Of a DNA stretch of 64,000 bases, positions 1 to 13,480 are shown piece by piece. Position numbers and translations under genes: made by a program. Within the stretch, counting starts at the first letter, position 1, and every line of letters begins with the position of its first letter. Source of the stretch: Octopus bimaculoides (lineage: Eukaryota); NCBI RefSeq assembly GCF_001194135.2, contig NC_068992.1, positions 44,210,291-44,274,290 of the forward strand. The letters run 5' to 3'. The notes beneath the pieces were generated by a model. It had not been told where the DNA came from. It searched no databases and saw nothing but the letters and a program-made list of their open reading frames with translations.

Positions 1-34
1 ATCCTGTCCTATGAATATCTTGTTTGGGGGCATA

Positions 35-37
<3 letters not shown>

Positions 38-89
<52 letters not shown>

Positions 90-102
90 GTGTGTGTGTG
101 TA
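38..102. repeat. (TG)n microsatellite, representative of dozens of TG/TA/TACA tracts (e.g. 4030-4120, 4500-4560, 20440-20519, 32506-32587, 53130-53280, 60420-60478)
   Basis: Direct inspection. Confidence 0.98.
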
Positions 103-346
103 TGTTTGTGCACGTGTGCGTATGTTTGTACGTGTGTGTGTTTAGGTGGGTGTTTGAAACAATTTCCATCCTGGAATACTTATCCAATTCTCATAGCTTA
201 CCTCTCTCTTTATCTTCAAGAATCTGCAATATTCCCATCGGAAGCATTACTGTCAAACTCCTGGATTATACTAAACTAAGAATATATTTCTGTGCAAGAA
301 GATTAATACTTTCAGAACATACAAAATATCAATATGTAAAAGTTTC

Positions 347-664
347 AGGCCGTCCAGCTGGCAGAGTCGTTACCACAACGGGTAAAATCTAATCGACTTA
401 CCCCGCTCACGAATTTGCTGGTCTTCTGCCAAAATCCAAAACTCAAGGGTGGAAAGCTGGCAAAGTCATTAGCACGCCGGACAAAAAGCTTAGCAGGATT
501 TCGTCTGTCTTTTTACGCTCTGAGTTCAAATTCTCTCGAAGTTGATTTTGTCTTTCATCCTTTTGCGGTCGATAAAACAAGTACCAGTTGAATACTGGAG
601 TCGATATAATCGACTTAGCTCCTCCCCCGAAATTTCTGGCCTTGTGCCAAAATGTGAAACCAAT
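347..664 (+). mobile_element. tRNA-derived SINE family A: internally deleted copy followed by full copy
   Basis: AGCTGGCA(A/G)AGTC(A/G)TTA head, TCTGAGTTCAAATT B-box-like, TTTCATCCTTT..GGTCGATAAAA.AAGTACCAG core, GGCCTTGTGCCAAAA tail; recurs many times in the window. Confidence 0.85.
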
Positions 665-3360
665 ATGTAACAGTTTCACAGTCTCTGGAAATTCTGTTTA
701 GTTCCAGCCTTCACCTTCTGGAAGTTATTTCAAGAAAGTCCCCTCTGGAAATATTAGAATCAGTGAAGTGTTGGAAGGAATAAAAGGAGTGTTATGAAGA
801 TATTCATTTTTGTTGTGATGTCTGTTTTATATATTACCGAGCTTATTAAATACAGGATCCTGCACTAAATGTGTGCTGGGTAGTGGAGGAGATGAGATAA
901 GGTGACTGATACTTCATCCTATGAAGTTGAACATTGAACATTTCCATAAAGTTGAACATTGGGGTCACTAATCCACGCAAATATCCATAATAGATTCATA
1001 AGGACATGATAGCATTAAAAATATTGATAAAAATCTACAGCGAAAAATAAGTTTGTTTGTTCAAAATTTACTTCGTTTTTCGTTGCAAATCATAGGGAGG
1101 AGGCGTCTGTGAAAGAGACTTCAATAAAAGGGGATTGTATTGCGTTAGAATAGGTTGCCGCGACATAAAAATAGAGACGGATATGTGTTGTTGATGTTGT
1201 TACTGCTTACCCTTGGATATATCAATCAGTCCATTACTGCTATTATTCTGTCTGCTAGGTAAGTCAGTGACACGGCTTCCATTCAAATTTGTAGCAGCTT
1301 TAAGATTTAAAGGATATACAAATACTGACAAAGGATAGAGAGGGACAAATGATCTCTTAAGGATAGACAAATACTGACAACTTCCCGTTTCTCTTCATGC
1401 CAGTTTATCAGTTTTGGATCTTTCTTAAGAAAACTATTTTTTCTCATTTCCATTAATCCAAATCCATATTTATGGGCTGAAGCCCCTCTAGCCGATCAAG
1501 CAATATATGCTATGTGACATGAGTGAACAAACAGCCACAGAATCAATCCCCTACATAACTACAAAGCCTTATGGATACATAAACAACTAACCTTTTTGTC
1601 CTAAATTCACTCATGCATACACGTATGTAAGTATTCATTTTCATAAAGAGTCCCGCATTATATATATATATGCACTACTTCCAAATTTTTATTAGAGGGA
1701 AATAAAATATTTACTTTAAAAGGACATCCAGCAGGCTTTGCAAAAGATAAGGCTAGAACTCCTTCCACCATACTAAAACAGGATTTTTTTTTTGACACAC
1801 ACGCAGCTTAAAATAATATTAAGTTTGTTATGGAGACAAAAATAAAAGCGCCACAATGAAGCACTTCCTTACCGCCTACTTAAAAGACTTTTTATTAATA
1901 AAATCAGGGTCTACACATCAATAACATTTCTATCTTCTCTCAGTATTCTAAAAATGTTCTTTAAATTAAAATATGTAGTATGCTGTCTTAAGAAAACATT
2001 AGAGAATGAAGAAAACCTGCTGCCATTTCCACACTAGCAAAATGAATCAAATATGTTATTTCTAAACGTAAAAGTTATTATGATACTTGTTAAGTGAATT
2101 GATGTTAAAAAGATTTCTTTACCAGTAATTGAATTAAATAATTAACTTATATTAGTTATGAAGATATTAATTGGTTAAATGAACAACTATCTTTCTAAAA
2201 CAGTGCCCATCTACAATTATGTGCCTCATTTTATGAAGACAAAAGACCGAAACAAAAATATATGAATAGTCTGAGCTAATAGATACATAATATAATATAA
2301 TATAGTATAATATAATATAATATAATATAATATGATATAATTTAATATGATAAAAATAAGTGAATGTTTCCTGTGATAATTCCTTCACTTTCTCCTCGCA
2401 CTAATTACCAAACAAAAACTATTTTTCCTAAACAGAGTTATACACGTATGTATGTAAACTTAAGTGTGTGTGTGTGTGTGGGGGGGGGGGTAAATATGTC
2501 TGTATGTATAAATATATGTATATTTACAGAGATATTTAAAGACATTTTACATTATTGTGGTAGCAATAACTAGTCCCCAGCTGAAAATATGTATTTTTCT
2601 TCAATTTACCAATTACCGCAAGACATCTATGTGGCACCACGTCACATGAATTGGCTGTAGTTTCTTCTAATTCTTCTTGGCCTACATTTGTAAGAACTAC
2701 GTCTGAAATGTAACAATTGGTACAAGAAAATGCTGAGTTCGGAGTGTTTTATCACCTTCATAACACCCCTACAAAACATTTGACGAGTGGGCGGGATTGT
2801 GCCGGTGGATCAGATCAACTCTCTAGTGTCGATCCTCTGCAGTCTGTAAATATTTTGATAATATTTTGTTGAAGGCGATTCAATAAAATGTGACACGTTA
2901 AGCGTAATCCTTTAAAATGACGGAATTGAAATGTTTATCCCGTATTTCAAGTATTTCATAATTGAAAAATATGCTTCCCATTTTTCTTTATTCGAAAACC
3001 TATTGTGATCAGCCCATTGCTTTTTTCCAGGAAAATATCGGTACTATTTCATTCTATACAATGTACAGTAATTTCAAAATATTTTGCTAGACGGAGATCT
3101 CCGCGAGTATACAGATATCAATCGTGCTATACTTATCTTAAGCGATTCCCTACACCATCACTGTATCATTTAATTACTTTACTCAGCTTTTTACTTAATA
3201 ACACTCCTATGTATTTCATTACACGCCTCCGTCTCGCCGTCGAACAGGATTCAACAGAAATATGGTTCAATTCTCGTAGATGTCCCTATCCACATTTAGC
3301 CGTCTTATATTGTGCTTGTGAATTTACTTACATCTTAAATGTTTATATTATACTGTGTAA

Positions 3361-3404
<44 letters not shown>

Positions 3405-4035
3405 TCTTTGGTCAGTAAGTATTATTTCCGATTTGTTTCTATCAAGAAATCAAAGGAAACGAGTACTATTTCCTTCAAACTTTGCTTTTGTGACCTGCAC
3501 ATCGATGTTTTGAAACTGACCTATTTTTCATTATGTGTCAGACAGATTCAATGCTAAGTTACTGAAGCAGAAATATCATTTTAACAAATACTCTGCTTTG
3601 TACCATAAATTTGCTTCTTAGTTGCTTGAATTTAACCACTTGAACACGTCCCTTAATGGCTGACAATATGTGTATCACTGATCATAAGCAATAGTAGTGG
3701 AGGAGCATCATAGCCATGAGTTGAGAGGGATTCTTTGGGGTTGGAACAAATGTAAGAAAAGCAAAGTTAGCCATTTATATTAGCCATTTTTCATATTTTA
3801 TAGGGGTAAGCAATTGGGAAATAACAGTTGCTACCTAAGGACAAAAATCGTGTTACACAGTGTTATTTACACAAACAGGCATACATATATGCACAGTCGG
3901 AGAAATTGAAACAATTGTAAAAGTTTTGCGATGAAACTTTTCTGATCATATAATGAAAACATAATATTTCAGATCAAAATTCTCGCAAGAAAAATGTGTG
4001 TGCATATGTCTATTTTTCTTTCTTTCTTTCTTTCT

Positions 4036-4070
<35 letters not shown>

Positions 4071-4527
4071 TACATACATACATTCATACATACGTACGTA
4101 CATACATACATACATACATACAAAAATACCCTGTTGTTCATGTCGAAATTTCACTGAAGGAGCCTTGGATCTAGGTTAGAAACCGACTTTTTTTTTCTAA
4201 AAGTGAATAATGACATACATACATAAATATATCATGCGAGAAGAAATTACAAAAGCAGCACGTAAACGCCAACACCACACAATTCTAACCAAACCCTTTA
4301 TCATACACCTTTATCACACCCTGAACCACTTGCTCTAAAACACTTGTTTCTTCTCAGAAAAATTTTCCTGATCTGACTAGCAAAAGCTAAAATAGCTTCC
4401 TGCTCCTTTTTTGCCTGTGATATCCACGATGTTTCCTATGTGTTCACATCCCTTTGGGATGTCGACCAGAATATGTGTATACAAACTTAAATACATCCAT
4501 GTATACATACATACATACATACATACA

Positions 4528-4563
<36 letters not shown>

Positions 4564-5149
4564 TGCGGATGTGGATATAACAAGCGCGCACACACATACA
4601 TACATATATATATCTGTGTGTATTTATATATGTGTGACAGAAATGGAGATTGAGTGAGGAAGTTAATTATTTATCTAATCCAATGAAGACATAATAACTA
4701 TACAAGAACTGGAGGAAATGGAAAAGGCTTACAAGAATTACACTTTGTTGTAGTAGTAGTTCTAGTAATCACTTCTACTTTTGCTTTAACAATCCAGCTA
4801 AGAAGCTTGTCACTGGACGAACAAGAAATATCTGTCAAGTCTCCCTCAAGTCACATCACATTGTTTTTCGATTATCTAGGTTTAACAGGTGCAACTGTCA
4901 TGGGAGCAATTATAGCTTTGTTCGATCCAAGCTGATATAAGGTTAAATAACAGTAACAGCAGCAGAAACAATAAAACAACTGATCTGGATATTTTTCTAG
5001 AATATTTTAGGTTTTCTTAAAGAATCAAACAAACTGAAGCAATAAAGGACAACACAAAACTTGTAAGAGAAAAAAACTATTAGTTTTATGCGGGTGAGGG
5101 GGGAGATAAAAAGGGACCGTTGATGCACAGGTTTGGGGTTTGGGGGACT

Positions 5150-5985
5150 GACTTTCCACGTTCTATTACTATTTATTTCATTGTGGTATTTATTTCGTCA
5201 CAAGGCAGAAATTGTGGTTCATAAAGATTCATCACATGATTTCATGTGTTCTCTAGCGACATCGTTGATAACTTTGAACATTAGATCGATCGGATTTTTC
5301 TCACTCTTGTTGGGAATGGTCTGTTGCTCAACGAAAGCTTCGAGAAAGTAGCAAATGATTTTGTGAATTGTAATTTTAAAATGTTTTTGAGTTGAATGTA
5401 CTCCGCAGTCTTCGCTTCTGAGCTAAATTTGGAGACGACTCGAATTTAGCGATGGTGAGGGCGTTGGTTTGTCTACGTTATTTTTTACGCCGCCTCTGGC
5501 AGATTTTGGCCCATTCTCGGTGTTTAGGGAAGATCAAAAACCAGTTGATTTGTTTTTTACAAAAGATGCTTGTCGTCTGAGCTGTTTCGCTGTGAAGTTA
5601 TTTAAGTTGGGATGAGCTTCGTCCCAGTATTGTTTTAACTGCTTCATATATCCGATTGAAGGGTCATTTCGGGCTTTGTCATAGCATCGAAGTAAATCTT
5701 GGTTTAGTTGTTGAGTCCAAGTAAAATGAGAAGTGTACTTACGTCTTCTTAAATACCTTACTGATAAAGTAGTTCTGTTTACATCGGTGGTGACGTTGTT
5801 AGTTTCATCTGTGATGGTGTTAGTTTCATCCCAAATCGTGTTAGCGAGATTCCACGTAGTGTAGATGTATATTTTAAAATCTGTTCAAGATAACGCTACG
5901 TTGGTGAGTAAAAGGTGTTTCTCTTACTAATTATTGAAGCGACCTTTTCAAACGATCCTCTACACCTGCACGTCCGATGTTGATA
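5150..5985 (-). mobile_element. N-terminal relic of an R4/Dong-like non-LTR retrotransposon
   Basis: 5743-5541 minus translates RKYTSHFTWTQQLNQDLLRCYDKARNDPSIGYMKQLKQYWDEAHPNLNNFTAKQLRRQASFVKK, the W...L..CY...GYMK.....W...HP pattern of R4/Dong-type ORFs (recalled); flanks degenerate. Confidence 0.7.
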
Positions 5986-6297
5986 GCGTCATTATGTATG
6001 TATGTATGTATGTATGTATGTATGTATGTATGTATGTTATCTACCTAACTGTGTATGTGTGTGTGTAAACATGTATATTGGTATGTGACGAAGCACAATT
6101 CTAGTGTCATCCATGTTTAGTGATGCATACCAACACCTCGATTACCATACTTCACTAAGTGTTTGCTCATATGCTCTACTTTAGTAACTGTTTTGTCAAG
6201 ACTCATCTTTCTACCCCAAAATCAGGAATGTAGAGGTAATTTTGTTAAAGGGGTCAGCGTCTATCAGAGACAGTCATATAATTTCATATACTGACAG

Positions 6298-6426
6298 GAT
6301 CGGTTGATATGTTGTTATCTAAAAGGGGACTCAGAACAGTTGCAAATCGGTATACATATAGACGATCTGTACCATAGCTATGTACAGTGTCTTGGTTTTC
6401 TTGTTTTCTTTCTTTTGAAAGTCCAG
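6298..6426 (+). CDS. Candidate upstream exon supplying a signal-peptide hydrophobic core (tentative)
   Basis: ctgacag| acceptor-like site and CAG|gtaatg donor; 129 nt open in phase 0 ending ...CLGFLVFFLLKVQ, which would join TDGLMEW in frame; no in-frame ATG within it. Confidence 0.3.
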
Positions 6427-9400
6427 GTAATGTGTGCGTTACCTAATAATACTATTTTCTGTATCTTGTATAGGGGCTATCTCTATTTCCAGAATTTTAC
6501 ATTTGGATAATTTCTCCAGTTGTTTTAGAAATACAGTTTTTTATTCTATCATATAACATAGTTATCGTTTCTTCTGCTTATCTTTCCAGTCAACGACAAA
6601 GAAATGCAAACAAATTGAAAGAAAATTCCTCAGTAGATAATTACATTCTTGAAATGTTTGTATCTTATACTAGTCTATAAGTGTGACGAATGTAAATAAA
6701 GCAATAACTATCTATGAAGGTTATTTTGCAGGTTCTTTATAAAGTTTCATCGACCATCCAACATGATACACGCTTAAATCTCGATATTTCTTTCTTAGCT
6801 TAATATTGTTATATATAGAATAATACAGTTAGGATAAAATCCAGCTTTTTATTTATCCATAAATACTTATGGCTATTAAATAAATAGGATGAAACTAGAG
6901 ATCAATTACTATCGCATAGAACCCATCGTCGTTGCATTGTATTTGTAGCAATGACTCAGCCAATTGAGAAACATTTCCATTTTGAAGGTCTTGCTGCCGA
7001 ACAAACGATCACTCTGTGTATAAGATGAAAAGAAACTAAAATAATATAGTCTAAAAAAGACCAATGATATTAAATTGGATCACAAAGTCGATCGAAAGTA
7101 CCCTAAATGCTGCTCAAGAAGATTCTTCATTTACAGAAATTTCTCCGAGGAACGGATAAAGAAAACATAAATTTCACAATTATTGTTAACATCGTATGAG
7201 AAGGAGAGATAATTTCCCGAAATTAAAAAAATTCACGCTTGGATTAACATGATTAGAAGAGATCTACTACTAATGTTTGTTTCAGAGATGGGAGGCGGCT
7301 ATGAACACATTTTGTCCTCGGTTTAGAGACGCCAGTAGAACATAGTCTTAATAGACAAACAGGTTATCAGGCAGACAGAGACAGGCATATAAGTAGATAA
7401 ATTGATATTTGTATGTAAACATGTATACTTTTAGATGTACTCACAAAAGCAAGAGCGCTGAATACATCTAAGAGAGTTTATTTACTGGCTCGAAGCTAAT
7501 AATTCACTCATTGCTACTGCGATTTTCATATTGAAACTGAATATGAAAACTTAGTGAAAATATCTCCATTGAAACAGAATATAATGAAGAAAGTGGAATC
7601 CTGGGTAATATGTTGCCCATCAGTACCAAGAACCAGTTACCTCGATAGTGTAAATTTCAAACCAATTTTCAGTGTGTGGTATGGAAATGACATTAAAATC
7701 TAAATTAATCAATCCTGTGTGTAAAGTAATTATGTCAATTCTTGTCATAAATTCTTACGATAACTCAATAAAATGACATAAAGGTATGTTATGAACATTT
7801 GTCCAAACCAGTATTTTGTTGATATGTGAAGCTGAAAGCGTTTCAGAATCACTAACAAGCCATCAATCATGATACAATAAATAGTAGCACGTCAGTAGAG
7901 GAGTCATAAAGATTTCTATACAAATTATTTAACATGTCTTCGTGAAAAGTTTCGTGTGTATACATACAAAAGGTAACGTGTTTTTTATAAGATTCTAAAC
8001 AAGTACGGTGACTACATATCGAACTAAGAAATTTACTAAGGAACACTTGTCAACTATTTACTCCTGCTTTTTATTATTTTGGGCCATTTTCTGTATTCTT
8101 TCAGAAATATCTTTGTCTCTTCTCCTGTTGTCACAGGAAAAATATCAAGGTTTCTATAAAAGCGTCAACGAGATTTTAAAAATATAGAAAAAAGAAATTG
8201 AGAAATTTTAAAGCTGACGGCCGGTCATTTTGTTTTCTTGGGTTGTACTTTACATACACATTTTTCAGTTGTTTTGAGTCGACTATGAAAATGATATTAT
8301 CAATGGCAATAATAGAAATAAGCGATTAATGACGAAAACTTAAAACTTTTCACAGAAAATAATCTGTATCAGAATTTGCAACTGAAAGATATATCAGTGT
8401 AGTTTGCTCACAAGAAGATTGATAACTTTGTGACCATTTGGAAATACACAAATATCCAGATTAATCTGCTTTAAGATTTAAGAACTAAGAATAACTCTGA
8501 CTGAGGTCAAATCCATAGTTTCTGAAAAATAGCAAGATCGACAATATTAAAAATAACTAACTTAATGGACAAGCAGAACTGCTTGGAGAAACGATACAGA
8601 GGCCTAACCTAAAATCGATTTAGTATCGTTAAGATTCAAACTGATCATGATTGCATACACCATGCATATAGGATCAAATTTATCATCTTCAGTAATAACG
8701 AAAATTTAATAAAAATCTTAATTTCTTAATTGTTTTTGGAAATCAGTCAAAAAGGCTGAAACAAATTATTAATATTAATATTAACATATAATTATTAATA
8801 TTCCTATTATTAACCACTAATTACACAATCATAATCTGTTACCACTTCACTACAGACTTCGCATTTATTGTATTCATTTTAGCCAATATAAAGCGAAGCT
8901 AGTTGCAATACCTAATGGCAATATATCTTGGTGAAATTGTACGGATTTCACTTTGGTATGTGCTAGCTTCAGCAAATAAAGAATTATATACAAAGAAGAT
9001 CTGACATCATCTCATTAGCGTTCGCAGTTCAACACTAAGCCAACTACAATGCAGATTAAAGTTTATTTTCATATTAGTGTGGAACATGACGTGCCACAGT
9101 AATCTTAGTGTTGAGTTTCTAAAGCTGAGAACTTATTTAGTATTTGTTTGGTTATCTAAGTCTTTGAAATAGAAACTAAAACCATTCCTGCTTTGTCAGT
9201 GTTTTGATAAGGTGATGCAATATATTACTTACTCATTCATAAGCACAAGATAATCTAGAATTCCGCAAATTACTGATTTTATGAAGTTGCACGATCTTGT
9301 TTTCAAAACAGCGAGGCTCTTGTCAAAGAAAAAGTAAGCGTCGTCTAGTTTACATTCATCAGACTGCAATCCTGCTTTGGCTAACCGTTGCGGCACTTTT

Positions 9401-12400
9401 AGTACATGTGTTAAATAATAAATAACATTTAAAGAGTTCAAAGCAATTTTATCACTGGTAGCCATCAAACGACTGAAATTAAACTATTTCTTCTTTTACA
9501 CAATCACTAAAAAAAAAAAATAACTATTAAACGAATCTTTGAAGTGGACATAAAGGGTTTTTGTTTCACCAGCTCCTGCATTCAGTTTAAAAGCTAACGA
9601 GTGAATGTAGTAATATTTGTCAACGGATTTCCGGGTAGCGTTTATAGTCCTTAACTTGAATAACATCCAGTTATTTAATTAAGAAGGTAATATCTACAAC
9701 TAATTCCTTGTAATAAATATATACCATACTTTTACTACATTTAGCACTTGATCATGAAAAATCGGTTAAAAAAGGAGACTAATAAACTTTCAGACCTTTC
9801 TCTGGTTATTTTATCATCATGTGAACCACACTACATTACTTAAATAATATATAGACTTTGTTTCGGGTTCATTCCCATTACGTACACTTTGGCCATGTGT
9901 TTTTTTTTCCATAGTCTCAAGTTGACATTTCCCTTATATGTAGACGAAATCTAAGCAATAACACCATTTTGTTTTCCAGAAGTAAACACAGGCTCTCCAC
10001 TGCAGTTTCCCATTATATTCTACCCTGTACTTTTTCTTTTCACTTGGTTCCATGTCTCATCTCTACCGTCTTCAGTTCCTTCAGCTTATCCCCGGACATC
10101 CAAGCAATTCTCTTCAGGGTTCTAAACTAAGACATGTCTTGCCGAACGTCTCGCTGGTCTTTTTAATCTATGACCTATATATCTCCATTTCTGTATGTAA
10201 ATATGCATATACGTGTGTGTGTGTGCAAGCATGTATATGCGTTTATGTATTTGTCCGTGTCTAAGTTTTATGTAAAACACTGTGTTGTGAAAAACAGAGT
10301 GTAACTTGACGATTCAGTAAACATATTCCATAAAACGATGAATATCAGTATAAAATAATAAGTGTAGTCGATGTGAGCAACTACAACCATGAAGACGATG
10401 TTCCAGAATGACCACAAATCGGTGTGTGTATGTGTGTGTGTGTTCGTGCGCGCTGGCGTGCATGTGTGCAGGCGACAGTTTCGGGTAACTTCAGTTGTTT
10501 TCCCAGTTTAACGTTCAGCTCCCAATCTTTTGATACGACATGCAAGTCTCAAAGGGCGAACCTGGTATCTAGCATCGTCACGCGAGCCCTCACAAAACTG
10601 ATACTCTTCATCGTATATTTATATTTGTAAGAAATACGCGTGTATATTTTATATTTTGCATGTCGAAATGTATTAATATATATATATATATTTTAAATTG
10701 AATTTGTGACTATATATGCGTATATTTAAAAAAAAGTTGATTGCCTAATTTGAGCTTTTCTCTTAATTCTTTTATATATGTATATATGTGCATTATATAT
10801 ATATGTGTGTGTGTGTGTGTGCCAAGGAGGTGGAGTTGGGGATATGTAATTTTCCCATCATGGCCGTCACCGCCACCATTGACAACATTGGCATTGCGTG
10901 GGTAGCCAGGTTGCTGAAGCACGTTGTAATGGTGTCAAGTGTCTTCATTTCATGAGAACAACGTTATTCTTTCTTTCTTTTTTTTTGTTATTTTTTTTTT
11001 ACTTTCAACCAATTTCTGATATTTACTTTCCGTATACTGGAAGAGGCTTTATTTCAGTATTTCTCTGTGTATTCGGTTATCAATACGTAAACATATTGTT
11101 GTTGGTGTAAAACAGGTCTTGACCAAGTGGAAGGGTTGCTTAGTAGACGTACAGAATTACATTGAAACAGGATTTAGTGAGTACGATATTTGTCTGGTGT
11201 TAATTTAAATAGCTCTGTCAGACTAAGTGGTTTTAGAAATAGCAGTAGTGAAGTGGAAGACATAGTAATGAAAAGGATAAGGAGATGCCAGTGACTCTAT
11301 GGATTACTTAACATGATTATTACACTTGTAATCTACTTTCTCATTGACACGGCTACCAACATGAACGGTAAATCAAATTTACAACTGTTTGATAACGTAT
11401 CCTTTGTAGGTCACTGACTAGGTTTTGAAAGGGTCGTTTAAATTTCATTATATCATTATACGCTTCATTAGCATTATACAGCCCTTTCTTCACGAGCAAG
11501 CGTGTCAAATAAAATGTAAAACTACGATTTCTTTGCTTTGATACGAGAAAGGAAGAATAAGTTGTGTTGACCTACATATGTTACTAGTATTTTGTTTATT
11601 ATAATATCAAGTGAATAACAATCATGACTAGATGGAATTTAAAACGAATGCAGGGATGATCACTTTAATACACAGCCCCAAAGTTTCTGTGATGTTGATA
11701 TTACGTTTTTGTATCTCCAGTATTAATATTCCTTTTATGTGATAAAAGATATTTGTTCTACTTCTTCAACTGAACTTTACAGGATTGACATATCGGGGAA
11801 AGTAAATTGATACAGAACTGCCAAACTACATTTCTATTACATCTGTGAGTATTCCACAAAAAGTAGTATAATAATCTAAAAGTCTTTTTATTGTCGTCAT
11901 GAAGTGTATGGTTCAGGAACCTACAAGTGACTAAAGCAGCCTGCACGAATGACGACAAAATTTCTAATCTTTGTAGAACAACAACTGGAAGCTATTATTC
12001 TATGTTGTATCATTAAATCAAAGCAATTTTAACTTATTTAAATTCTTACCATTTATACCACTCACTACTGCAACTATGACAGCATCCATTACGTTTTCGG
12101 TGACTTCGCGAAGACGCACAGCCTAGCTACGACTGAAGACTACGAAACGAATACAGGACGCTTCTAACCAACATACAAACCCCAATGTATACTTCCTGCA
12201 TATGGGACAGGACATTAGTTAACACCATAGTTTTTACTATCATATCGTTAAAACACTATTTTCTCTTTCTATATTGTTTCGAAGATTGACAAACTCATGT
12301 TGTTCGTCTTTTCCTTTACGAACATGGAAAGCTTTAGATTAGCATTTCAAGATATAAGAGCAATTAAAACTTCTCATGGTGTCTAGCTATAACTAGGAGA

Positions 12401-13071
12401 AAAGAGCTATAGTTTTTAATCGATTTTGGCAAGATTACAGAGCGGTGATGATGATATAAGCCGTTAACTCATTCGAGGATGCTAGCATGCTAATGACCGA
12501 CTGTTATAGTTACAAATTAAACAAAGAAAATATAACGATTAACATATTTCGAGTTTGTAGGTTGCATAAACTGCATGCTTCACTTACGATGACAGCGAGA
12601 AGAAAAAATTTCGTATTGAGTTGACACTGTCTAAATATAATGTTAAAATCTCTCTAATATGCTTCAAACATGAAAACATTTCAATTAATAAAAACCACAT
12701 GTTTCTTGAAATAATAACAGCAACTATGTCTATATTTATAATGAAGCATGGAGGTAAAAATAAAAACAATGGAGTAACTCAGAGGTACTGATGGTTGCTT
12801 GTGTTTAAGGGTCGGAATGTAGTTTTGAAAGCGGGTGGTCGAATGTAGCGTGAGAACTAACTAAAAGAATGGCGAGAACATGAAATCGTGCTACTATATA
12901 TGTATGTCCATAAATAGCACAAAGGTTCAGATTTATGTGCTCAAGGAAATAAAAGTGTGGCAGCGTTCTGCCGTTCTAAATATAATTAGTAAATCATAGA
13001 AAATACGTAATTAATCAATAATCTAAAACTGCAATGTAAATATATAATATAGGACAATCAGTTAGTTGTCA

Positions 13072-13133
13072 TAATAAAACTCAGAGTTTCGGATGTCGGG
13101 CTGAAGGCTGCTCCGGCATCTTATCAGTTATTA
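13072..13133 (-). ncRNA. Hammerhead-like motif, left arm copy with G8>A core substitution
   Basis: Minus strand: TAATAA CTGATAA GATG...CATCC GAAA CTCTGAGT T TTATTA; stems I and III intact, C3-G8 pair broken. Confidence 0.5.
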
Positions 13134-13418
13134 AGAGAAAAAAGGTATGAAAAAATCGTCGAATAAAGGAAAGCTATTCCTATAGGCATGGGGAAAGTAA
13201 AACTTCGTTCATAGAATATATATATGTTTGTGTGTGTATATATGTACACGTGTATGTGAGTATGTATTTGTATTTATACACGTGTGTATGCGTACGTGTA
13301 TGTATATGTGTGTACATGTGTGCATATGCAGATGCTATGAACGAAGTTTTACTTTCCCCACGCCTATAGGAGTACCTTCCCTTTAATCAACAGTCGTTTT
13401 TTCGTAGCGTTTTTGTCT

Positions 13419-13480
13419 TAATAACTGATGAGATGCCGGAGCAGGCTTCAGCCCGACCTCTGAAACTCTGAGTTTTATTA
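13419..13480 (+). ncRNA. Type I hammerhead ribozyme-like motif (right arm of foldback element)
   Basis: Stem I TAATAA/TTATTA; core CTGATGA 13425-31; imperfect stem II; GAAA 13462-65; palindromic stem III ACTC-T-GAGT; U-U at positions 16.1/17. Confidence 0.6.

Noticed and set aside
24-392. 122-aa ORF and the many other VCVC, YIYI, THTH, poly-N, poly-Y, poly-H and poly-S ORFs (e.g. 18996-19277, 34139-34810, 38922-39176, 51972-52370)
   Set aside because: Translations of microsatellites; no splice signals or domain content
1194-1264. MLLLLTLGYINQSITAIILSA followed by AG|GTAAGT
   Set aside because: Phase 2, incompatible with the phase-0 TSP1 exon; hydrophobicity explained by TTG/CTG-rich sequence; no other support
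4154-4190. CTGAAGG-AGCCT..AGGTT-AGAAACCGAC hammerhead-like string
   Set aside because: A9 altered, extra base before GAAA, no stem I or U16.1-H17; at best a highly decayed remnant
12133-12150. CTGAAGA-CTAC-GAAA
   Set aside because: Both core boxes are present but there is no stem II, stem I or helix III pairing
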